64,000 nucleotides of DNA from Candidatus Micrarchaeota archaeon (GTDB lineage Archaea; Micrarchaeota; Micrarchaeia; Norongarragalinales; Norongarragalinaceae), in assembly GCA_016207165.1 (NCBI GenBank), contig JACQQD010000005.1:31871-95870 (forward strand), given 5' to 3'. The notes below the pieces were generated by a model. That model saw nothing but the letters and a program-made list of their open reading frames with translations, made no database searches and was not told the origin of the DNA. This document shows positions 19,531 to 27,422 of the stretch, piece after piece; position 1 is the stretch's first letter; each line of letters opens with the position of its first letter. The translations under genes and the position numbers were made by a program.

Positions 19531-21309
19531 ATGTTGCGTCAACCCATCGTGTGCATTTTAGGACATGTGGACCACGGTAAAACTTCACTCCTTGACTCCA
19601 TCCGCCAGACGCGGGTGGCCGCCAGGGAAGTCGGCCACATCACCCAGCACATCGGCGCATCGGAGATCCCGTTGGATGCCATCCAGTCCTTCTGCAAGGC
19701 GGTCCTGGAGAAAATGCCGTTGAAGTTCACCATTCCGGGCTTGCTGTTCATCGACACGCCGGGCCACGACGCGTTAGCGAAATAGCGTCGACGCGGCGGC
19801 AGCATCGCCGACATCGCCGTTCTGGTCGTGGACGCGACCAAGGGCGTTGAGCCGCAGACCGTGGAGGCCATCGAAATCCTCAAAGAGTACAAGACGCCGT
19901 TTTTGGTGGCGTTCAACAAACTGGACGCCTTGTCAGGCTGGAAAATGGGGGGCGCGTCGTTTAGCGAGTCTTTTTCCCGGCAGGCCCCGCACGTCCAAGA
20001 GGACTTGGACGCCCGCATCTACCGATTGATCGGGAAACTCTACGAATACGGCTTCAACGCCGACCGCTTCGACCGCGTCGAGGACTTCACCAAACAGATC
20101 CTCATCGTGCCCGTCTCGGCCAAAACCAAGGAAGGGCTCAGCGAGCTGTTGTTGTACGTGGCCGGATTGGCGCAACGCTTCCTGGAAAAACGGTTGGAAC
20201 TGCATTCCGACGAGAAAGCCAAAGGCAGCATCCTGGAAGTCAAGGAAGAGCAAGGACTGGGAACGACGTTGGACGTCATTTTGTACGACGGAATCCTGCA
20301 CGCCCACGACTCCATCGCCTTTTCTTCAGTGGATGGGCCAGTCACCGCGTCCGTCAAGGCCCTGCTTAAACCCCAAGCCATGGACGAAATGCGTGACCCC
20401 CGGCACAAATTCGCCTCGGTCAAAAGCGTTTCCGCGGCCGCTGGCGTGAAAATCGCGTGCGAGCACGCGGATTCCGCGGTCGCCGGGTCAAGCCTGTTTG
20501 GCGTAGATGAAACAACCAAAAAACAGGCGCTGGCACATCTTTCCGAAGAACTTTCGGGGCTGGTGTTTGAAAGCGACACGCAAGGCGTGGTTCTGAAAGC
20601 CGATTCCCTGGGGAGTCTGGAAGCCATCATCAAATTGTTCCGAAGCCACGGCATACCCGTCAAGAAAGCCGGCATCGGCAAAGTGACTAAAAACGACGTG
20701 GCGCTCGCCTCCGCCATCAAACAAACCAAACCATTCTTGGGCGTGGTCTTCTCGTTCCACCAAAAAACCGACGAGGATCTCCTGAAGCTCGCCGAACGCG
20801 ACGGCGTGGCCGTGTTCCAAGAAAGCATCATCTACAACCTCTTGGAGGGCTACACGCAGTGGAAGGACGCCGAAGAAGCCAAGACGCGACGCGAGGCGTT
20901 CTCATCATTGTCCCTTCCAGCCAAAATCAAGGTGCTTTCCGGCCACTGCTTCCGCGCCTCCAGCCCCTGCATCACCGGCGTTGAAGTCTTGGGCGGACGC
21001 ATTCGAAAAGGCGTGGCCTTGATCAACGAAAACGGTGAGGTGGTGGGCACCATCCGCGCCATCCAGGACAACAAGAAGCCCGTGGACGAAGCCAAAACCG
21101 GAAAGCAGTTGGCCGTCAGCATCGACGGACCCGTCTTCGGCCGCCAAATCCAGGAAAAACAGGAGCTTTACGTCGACATCGACAAAGAGTCCGCCAAGAT
21201 TTTGGAATCCAAGTACGCCGACGCGCTTTCCGCGGAAGAACACGAACTATTAAAAGAAATCAAGAAAATCAAGGGATTCCTCTTCACGCCAAGCGAGCCG
21301 AAGCGTTAA
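19531..21309 (+). CDS. infB: translation initiation factor aIF5B, interrupted by an in-frame TAG at 19783-19785
   Basis: Track ORFs 19531..19785 and 19828..21309 are in the same frame. The read-through gives [12 protein letters not shown]...[36 protein letters not shown]..., a contiguous GTPase G1-G4 region followed by the C-terminal domains. Confidence 0.8.
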
Positions 21310-21366
21310 AAACCCGCTTCCGCCAACAAAAATACCGCTTTACGGCTTTCAACGCTTAATCGACAG

Positions 21367-21858
21367 GTGAGAATGATGAAATTGGTGTTCAACGACCCCA
21401 ACACGGGCCACTCGTTCCAGAAGGAAATCGAAAAAGACAAGACGGGCCAGCTCTTGGGCAAGAAAATCGGAGAAGAATTTTCCGGCTCCGTCGCGGGATT
21501 GGACGGCTATACCCTCAAGATCACCGGCGGATCGCTTTCCGACGGCACGCCCATGCGGTTTGACATTCCCGGTTCCAACGCCACCAACGCCTTATTACCC
21601 AGTGGACCCGGAATCAACGAGAAAAAGTATTTGGAAAAAGGCATGCGCGTCAAGAAGCGCGTGGCGGGCAGCACGGTTTCCCAAAACACGGCGCAAGTCA
21701 ACGCCGTGATTTCCGCGCCCGGAGCCAAGCCCTTGACGGACTTCGGGTTTCTTTCCAAGAAGCAAGCCGAAACCAAAACAAAGGAAGAAAAGCCAGCGGA
21801 CGCGTCCAAACCTGCCCCGGAAAAAAAATCAAGTAAATCCGCCGAACCCAACGCCTAA
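21367..21858 (+). CDS. rps6e: ribosomal protein eS6 (S6e)
   Basis: 163 aa with KLVFNDPNTGHSFQKEI...GYTLKITGGSLSDGTPMR. The C-terminal tail is lysine-rich. Confidence 0.9.
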   Translation: MRMMKLVFNDPNTGHSFQKEIEKDKTGQLLGKKIGEEFSGSVAGLDGYTLKITGGSLSDGTPMRFDIPGSNATNALLPSGPGINEKKYLEKGMRVKKRVAGSTVSQNTAQVNAVISAPGAKPLTDFGFLSKKQAETKTKEEKPADASKPAPEKKSSKSAEPNA

Positions 21859-21943
21859 TTTTGTTACTACCAGTTAGAAACAACATGATGGAAAGGTTTT
21901 TATAGGGTTACCGCCAGGTTTCAATCCAAGGTGGATTGATTTT

Positions 21944-23344
21944 ATGGTGGGAGTCATTGAAGGAGTTTTGATCGTTGGAGCCCTGGGCTTGGACGTGTAC
22001 GCGTACACGAAAATGAAGGAAGCGGAAAACGCCGCCGATTCCGCGACCCGGGACCGCGAACGCGCTCGATTCAAGACCCACGTCACCGAAACCACCACCA
22101 TCACCACGGCGACGCCCGCCGCGGCCGGCGCGACGGCTTCAGAGACCCGCGAAGAACAGCCCAGCCACCCCGCCGACTGGAAGCCAGTCACGTATGAAGG
22201 CTACGCGGAACCCGTCGCCCACGGCGAGGACGTCAAGGACGAACTGCGTTTTATGCGGGACGAAATGAAGACGGAGTACAAGAAGATTCACGACCGCCTC
22301 GACGTCATCGACGAACGCCTCCACGAAGAGGATTCCAAGATTTCCGTCATGGAAACCAAGTTTACGCATTTGGACTCGGAAGTCGAGAAAGTCCGCCACG
22401 GCTCCGAGAACATGGAAATCGAACTGCCGGAAGAACAAATCGACGCCATCGTGGAAAAGAAATTGTCGACGAAGAACGAGCGGCTCAACAAGAAAGTCAA
22501 GGACCAGGAAAAACAACTCACACAACTGCAGACGAAATTGGACAACGCCTTGATTGCCGCCCCCGACGCCGTATCGATCAAAAAGGACTTGCGCTCGGAA
22601 TTCGTGCCGCTGTTGTCAGAACCCAAGAAACTCGTTGAAGACTACCGGACGAAAAGCGACAAGAAAATCAAGGAACTGGACGAGAAAATCGCTTCCCAGA
22701 AAGACGCGACCCTCCAGGAAGTCAGCGTGCACGTCAAGAAGCTGGGTTCCTCGGCGCGCGACGCCAAGCGCATCAAAGACCAAGGCAAGAAGCTGGCCGA
22801 AGTGGAAGCCAAACTGGACTCGCACCTCATCGCCGCCCCGGACGCCGTATTGATCAAGAAAGACTTGCGCGAGGAATTCTACCCGGTCCTAAAAGAACCC
22901 AAGGCGGCGCTGGAAGAACACCAGAAAGAAACCGCGCAACGCCTCAAGGACGTCAACAAGCGCATCACCGAAGCCAAGGAAACCGCCTTGGAGGAAACCA
23001 AGACGCGCGTGAGCAAAGGCGAGTTTGAACGCTCGATTTCCGCGCTGCGCCCCGGCCTCAAGAGGAAAGCCACCATCAAGGCCAAAACGGCTTCAAAGCC
23101 CAAGAAAGCCGCCAAGGCGAAAACCGTCAAGAAAGTTAAGCCCGCGAAAACAGTGGCCTCCAAAACCAGGAAGGCATCCAAGCCCTCCAAGAAAGCCGCC
23201 GCGAAAAAGCCGGCAAAAAGCGTGAAGAAAACGCCTTCCAAGCGCACGGCCAAGTCGGCCAAAGGCGAAGTCACCGTGACGACCACGGTGCCGCGCGGCG
23301 TGGACGTCAGCACGGAAGTCGTGTCCGCCAAGAGCAAGAGTTAG
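21944..23344 (+). CDS. membrane-anchored coiled-coil protein with an internal duplication and a lysine/alanine-rich basic tail
   Basis: 466 aa with an N-terminal hydrophobic helix, heptad-like charged repeats and a KAKTASKPKKAAKAKTVKKVKPAK... tail. It ends in TAG. Confidence 0.75.
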   Translation: MVGVIEGVLIVGALGLDVYAYTKMKEAENAADSATRDRERARFKTHVTETTTITTATPAAAGATASETREEQPSHPADWKPVTYEGYAEPVAHGEDVKDELRFMRDEMKTEYKKIHDRLDVIDERLHEEDSKISVMETKFTHLDSEVEKVRHGSENMEIELPEEQIDAIVEKKLSTKNERLNKKVKDQEKQLTQLQTKLDNALIAAPDAVSIKKDLRSEFVPLLSEPKKLVEDYRTKSDKKIKELDEKIASQKDATLQEVSVHVKKLGSSARDAKRIKDQGKKLAEVEAKLDSHLIAAPDAVLIKKDLREEFYPVLKEPKAALEEHQKETAQRLKDVNKRITEAKETALEETKTRVSKGEFERSISALRPGLKRKATIKAKTASKPKKAAKAKTVKKVKPAKTVASKTRKASKPSKKAAAKKPAKSVKKTPSKRTAKSAKGEVTVTTTVPRGVDVSTEVVSAKSKS

Positions 23345-23345
23345 C

Positions 23346-23489
23346 ATGAGCATCTGGTCCATCGTCATCCTCCTGGCCTTGTTGGTCGAGGAATTCCGCA
23401 ACATGCTGTTCTATTGGCTCGGCGGATTGGATGCGACGGCCCTCATCGTCCTGTTTGTCCTCGTCTTCAACTGGTACTACCGCTGGTGA
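23346..23489 (+). CDS. possible 47-aa small membrane protein
   Basis: Own translation gives MSIWSIVILLALLVEEFRNMLFYWLGGLDATALIVLFVLVFNWYYRW. It is below the ORF-track size cutoff and has two hydrophobic segments. Confidence 0.3.
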   Translation: MSIWSIVILLALLVEEFRNMLFYWLGGLDATALIVLFVLVFNWYYRW

Positions 23490-23538
23490 ACTTTTTTTAA
23501 AATCGCTTTTTCGCCAGCCGCCAAATCGTATGCCAAGT

Positions 23539-24369
23539 TCATGCGCTTCGGAGATCCCGCAACGCGTCCCGGGGTTTCTTGAAGTTCACGATGACTCCGG
23601 CACCCAATTCAACTCCGCCCCACACCGCTTTGCGCGGAAGCACTTCCACGTGGAACCAGAGCTTCTTGTTTTTCGGCGCGACATGAAAGGCCACCGTATA
23701 GTCCCACGACAGCGTCTTGATTTTCCGAATGATTTCCCGTAGAACCAGCATGAATTCCAAACCCTGCTTCTCGTTCATGTCTTCAAAGCGAAGGTTTTCG
23801 TCATTGGAAAGAATCCAAGTCTCCCACGGAAACCGCGAGACAGGCGGGCACACGGCCTTGAAGTGTTCCGACTCTAAAACCGCGGGTTGCTTCAGCATTT
23901 TCTTGAAGGTGGACGGACCGGCATGCAATTCGGATTGGACGAGTTTTGGAATGAAGGGGAAGGACAGGATTTGCGCGTGTTCGTGGTCGATGGAGGCCCC
24001 CGACTTGTCGCCGAAGTTCTTGAACAGCAACACGTACTTCGCGTTCTTGTTTTCCAAGAGGGCGCGGAAGCGGTTTTGGTATGCTTGGAACACCAACGCC
24101 AACTGGCTTTCCGGAAAGTCTTCCCACGCGTCGTGCCCTGCGGTCTCTACAATGACTTCGTGAAAGCCATTGGGTGATTCCACCACGGGAAACTTGTTGG
24201 GAAAGCACCGGACCCTCCAATTCTTGGCACCCGGCAACACCAAAGTCGCGGGAGGCGTGAGGTGTTCGGCTCCAGGACAAAAAAGGCAATTTTTGGGTTT
24301 GTGGGGACGCTTGCTTCGGGACTGGGAATACGCCACGCGGGTGCCGTGGATGGCGTCCAAAGCGAACAT
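23539..24369 (-). CDS. galactose-1-phosphate uridylyltransferase-like HIT-family nucleotidyltransferase
   Basis: Contains CLFCPG (zinc-knuckle-like) and the HEHAQI (HxHxQ) motif. The start was moved to the ATG at 24369 because the upstream part overlaps the neighbouring ORF. Confidence 0.7.
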   Translation of the reverse strand: MFALDAIHGTRVAYSQSRSKRPHKPKNCLFCPGAEHLTPPATLVLPGAKNWRVRCFPNKFPVVESPNGFHEVIVETAGHDAWEDFPESQLALVFQAYQNRFRALLENKNAKYVLLFKNFGDKSGASIDHEHAQILSFPFIPKLVQSELHAGPSTFKKMLKQPAVLESEHFKAVCPPVSRFPWETWILSNDENLRFEDMNEKQGLEFMLVLREIIRKIKTLSWDYTVAFHVAPKNKKLWFHVEVLPRKAVWGGVELGAGVIVNFKKPRDALRDLRSA

Positions 24370-24376
24370 GAAAGGC

Positions 24377-24598
24377 TTAGACGGTTTCGACCTTGAAATA
24401 TGCTTTGCTGCCTTCCAACGTCTTCTGGATTTGGTCGATGAAGGAGAACAATTGCTCCATGGACGGTTTTTTCCGCCACGTGTACTCAAAATCGTAGTTG
24501 CCCGTCATTGGGCTAAACCCCAAGGAGGTCAACCTCGAAATGACTTCGCTGGGCAAGTCGCCTTCCGAGGAAAACCAGACCACCAAATACGTCTTCAT
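24377..24598 (-). CDS. hypothetical small protein
   Basis: 73-aa ORF with protein-like composition and no motif recognised. Confidence 0.45.
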   Translation of the reverse strand: MKTYLVVWFSSEGDLPSEVISRLTSLGFSPMTGNYDFEYTWRKKPSMEQLFSFIDQIQKTLEGSKAYFKVETV

Positions 24599-24731
24599 GA
24601 AAACCCACCTTCGTCAAGCAAGGTTGGCCTGCGAGGCTTTAAAGGGTTTCTCCCAAATCGATGCAAATCCATCAAAAAGTGTTGTGCCTTCCAAGGGATG
24701 TTTTTAAGAAAGCCAAGCAAACACGTAACGC

Positions 24732-25073
24732 ATGGAAAAAGAGCTCCACGAATTATTTGCCGAACGGGGTTGGACCCGCTTCAATCCCGTGAAAAAAGGG
24801 CCCCTAGACACACCGGCCCACGAAACAGCCAAAGCCCTCATGCAATCGGCGATGGATGCGGGCCAAGAGTTGCCAAACCCAAGATACTACTACTTTCACA
24901 AAGAAGCCCCACCTGCGCATGAACCCCTCCATCAACCCTCCGTTGAATTTGCCGACTTAGTCAACCAAGTGCAACAAACCCATCCAAGCGCCGGAATACA
25001 TTTTGAGAGTCGGTTAGTGGGCAGCCTTCGGATTCTGGCCGTCGTGCTCCACCAAAAGCCTTCAAGGAAATGA
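24732..25073 (+). CDS. hypothetical protein
   Basis: 113-aa ORF preceded by a tttttaag TATA-like element. Confidence 0.4.
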   Translation: MEKELHELFAERGWTRFNPVKKGPLDTPAHETAKALMQSAMDAGQELPNPRYYYFHKEAPPAHEPLHQPSVEFADLVNQVQQTHPSAGIHFESRLVGSLRILAVVLHQKPSRK

Positions 25074-25127
25074 CGCCTGATTCAACCCAGTTCATTTTAA
25101 TCCCCCAAAACAATGCATTGAAGTCAC

Positions 25128-25649
25128 ATGCCACTCCACGCGGTTCCCGACGCACTGAACATCGTCTACGACGAAAAAAAGTATTTGGCGTTAAGCCTGG
25201 CCACGGCTCCGCTTTTGGCTTACCTCCTCGTCCTGGCCACCTCCATTCCCGGCCAGACCCTGGAGAGCTGGTGGTTTTCCGCGCCGGCGTACACCAAATT
25301 CCTCGTTTTTTTCGCGGCCTCCGTTCTCTCCGTCATCCTGACCATGCAAGTCTACACCTGGAAAAACTACAAGAAAGTCAAGAAACGCCACACCACCGGA
25401 GGCCTGGCAGGCGTGGCCGCCACCCTGGCCGCCACGGCGTGCTGTTCTCCGTTGTTGCTGCCGTTGGCGGGCGTCGCGGGCTTTGGCGGGTTTTTGTTCT
25501 TCGTGCAAACCCACCAACTGGCCGTCGTGATACTCAGTTCCCTAGCGTTGTTGGCATCCCTTTACTTTACAAGCAAAGCCGTCTCGTGCGAGGACTGCCG
25601 CGTCAAAGCCGGCCTGGAAAAAAACGTCAAAAACCCAAAAGGCGCTTGA
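25128..25649 (+). CDS. polytopic membrane protein with a vicinal-cysteine motif (ATACCSPLL)
   Basis: 173 aa with four hydrophobic helices, a CC motif within one helix and a C-terminal CxxC (CEDC). Confidence 0.55.
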   Translation: MPLHAVPDALNIVYDEKKYLALSLATAPLLAYLLVLATSIPGQTLESWWFSAPAYTKFLVFFAASVLSVILTMQVYTWKNYKKVKKRHTTGGLAGVAATLAATACCSPLLLPLAGVAGFGGFLFFVQTHQLAVVILSSLALLASLYFTSKAVSCEDCRVKAGLEKNVKNPKGA

Positions 25650-26058
25650 AACGCTCCCAAAACGACGGCTTGACGGCGGGCGCACCCCACTGGGCAAACA
25701 AGGCGGCGTGTTCGGCACGACGTTCCACGGGACTGAGGATTTCAAAACGCACGCGACGCGTACCCGCGTCATGAAACAAGGCCACGTAGTGGCCTCCGTT
25801 AGCCAAAACAGCTCGGTGCTTTTCCAACAGGCCAACGACGACGCGGATGCGCCTGCCTTTGCGGAGAAGGCCCAGCAAGTGAGTCTCTTGATGCCGAAGG
25901 CCTGGAACATCCAACTCCCCCTCCAAGTGCGGGTTGCACACATGGACCTTCGAGTCCTCGCCGGCCACGGAGTGGATGAATGGATCGGACGGGTCAGGCT
26001 CCGGCGCGACGTGCCGGCGCATTTCACGCAAGAACACGCGGTGCAAGGTGGAACTCAT
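25627..26058 (-). CDS. hypothetical protein downstream of gap
   Basis: 143-aa ORF co-directional with grx-gap and starting 19 nt after the gap stop. No motif recognised. Confidence 0.35.
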   Translation of the reverse strand: MSSTLHRVFLREMRRHVAPEPDPSDPFIHSVAGEDSKVHVCNPHLEGELDVPGLRHQETHLLGLLRKGRRIRVVVGLLEKHRAVLANGGHYVALFHDAGTRRVRFEILSPVERRAEHAALFAQWGAPAVKPSFWERFKRLLGF

Positions 26059-26076
26059 GAAAACAAGGAAAAAAGT

Positions 26077-27066
26077 TCATCGGCGTCCGCCGATTTTCTC
26101 CGCCAATTCGACGAGCCGGCACGAGTAACCCCACTCGTTGTCGTACCAGGACACGACTTTGACCAAGTCGCCGTCAATGACGTTGGTCAAACCCAAGTCC
26201 ACGATGGAGGAATACGGGTTTTTCTTGAAGTCCGAAGACACCAATGGTTCGTCGGTCCACGTCAGAATGCCTTTGAAGCGCGGGGACGCCGCGGCTTTCT
26301 TGATGGCGGCGTTGACTTGCTCTTTGGTGGTTTTCTTTTTGACCAACACCGTGAAATCGGAAAGCGAGACCACGGGCACCGGCACGCGGAACGCCAAGCC
26401 GTCAAACCGGCCTTTCAAGGAAGGCAGCACTTCCCCGGTGGCCGACGCCGCGCCGGTGGACGTTGGAATGATGTTTTCGGCGGCCGCCCGCGCGCGCCGC
26501 AGATCCGTGTGCGGCGCGTCGTGCAGGTGCTGGTCCTGCGTGTAGGCGTGGATGGTGGACATGGCCGCCTTCTGGATTCCGAAAGCCTCGTCCAAGACGT
26601 CCATGACGGGAATGATGCAGTTGGAAGTGCAAGACGCGTTGGACACCAGCGCCGCACCGGTTTTGTCCTTGACGCCCAACACCAGGGTATCCACGCCTCC
26701 TTTGGCGGGAGCCGAAATGATGACGTGTTTGGCGCCCGCGTCAAGATGCTTTTGCGCGTCCTCTTTCTTCGTAAACCGGCCGGTACACTCCAAGACGACG
26801 TCCACGTTGAATTTCTTCCACGGCAGTTGTTCTGGGTCGCGCTCGGAAATGCCGTGGATTTTCTTTCCGTCCACGACCAAGTCGTTTCCCTCCACCCGGA
26901 CGTCGCGCTCGTACGTGCCGTAGTTGGAGTCGTGCTTCAAAAGGAAAGCCAATTCCTTGGCCTGAGTCAAGTCATTGACGGCCACAACGTCCAAGCCCTT
27001 CTCAAAAGCGATCTTGAACGCCGTCCGGCCAATCCGGCCAAAACCGTTGATTGCAATGCGAACCAT
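26077..27066 (-). CDS. gap: glyceraldehyde-3-phosphate dehydrogenase, class I (bacterial/eukaryotic type)
   Basis: Contains INGFGRIGR, SNASCTSNC (catalytic Cys) and WYDNEWGYS. The start is placed at the ATG at 27066. Confidence 0.95.
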   Translation of the reverse strand: MVRIAINGFGRIGRTAFKIAFEKGLDVVAVNDLTQAKELAFLLKHDSNYGTYERDVRVEGNDLVVDGKKIHGISERDPEQLPWKKFNVDVVLECTGRFTKKEDAQKHLDAGAKHVIISAPAKGGVDTLVLGVKDKTGAALVSNASCTSNCIIPVMDVLDEAFGIQKAAMSTIHAYTQDQHLHDAPHTDLRRARAAAENIIPTSTGAASATGEVLPSLKGRFDGLAFRVPVPVVSLSDFTVLVKKKTTKEQVNAAIKKAAASPRFKGILTWTDEPLVSSDFKKNPYSSIVDLGLTNVIDGDLVKVVSWYDNEWGYSCRLVELAEKIGGRR

Positions 27067-27080
27067 TTGACCCAACCCAC

Positions 27081-27329
27081 CTAATTGGGCAAGCCCAAGA
27101 GCTTCTGGATTCTAGGCTTGTCAAATCCTACTACAATCTGTCCGTCGATTTCAATCACGGGAACGCCGAGTTGACCGCTTTTCTCCACCATTTCCTCGGC
27201 TTTCTGTTGGTCCGCGGCCACGTCAATTTCCTGGTATTGGACCTTGTTTTCCTTGAAGTATTCCTTGGCCAACCGACAGTACACGCAGGACGGCGTCGAA
27301 TAGATGATGACCTCGTGTTTTTGAGCCAT
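27081..27329 (-). CDS. glutaredoxin-like protein
   Basis: Contains VIIYSTPSCVYCRLAKEYF...GVPVIEIDG. The start is placed at the ATG at 27329. Confidence 0.8.
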   Translation of the reverse strand: MAQKHEVIIYSTPSCVYCRLAKEYFKENKVQYQEIDVAADQQKAEEMVEKSGQLGVPVIEIDGQIVVGFDKPRIQKLLGLPN

Positions 27330-27422
27330 AAATAAAACCCTCCCGGATGCGACGTGGAACAATAAGCACGTAAAACCAATTAAAGCTTGAGGTTGAATCC
27401 GCGCGCCCTTGGAAGCACGAAT

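Noticed and set aside
19783-19785. Genome-wide reassignment of TAG as the explanation for the aIF5B in-frame stop.
   Set aside because: TAG is the apparent terminator of at least three well-bounded genes in this window (23342-23344, 44742-44744, 50753-50755), and I saw no tRNA with a CUA anticodon here. A local error, variant or read-through is more likely, and the question stays open as a finding.
25708-27084. 458-aa plus-strand ORF.
   Set aside because: It is antisense to gap and the neighbouring minus-strand gene, with a low-complexity R/G/H/V composition.
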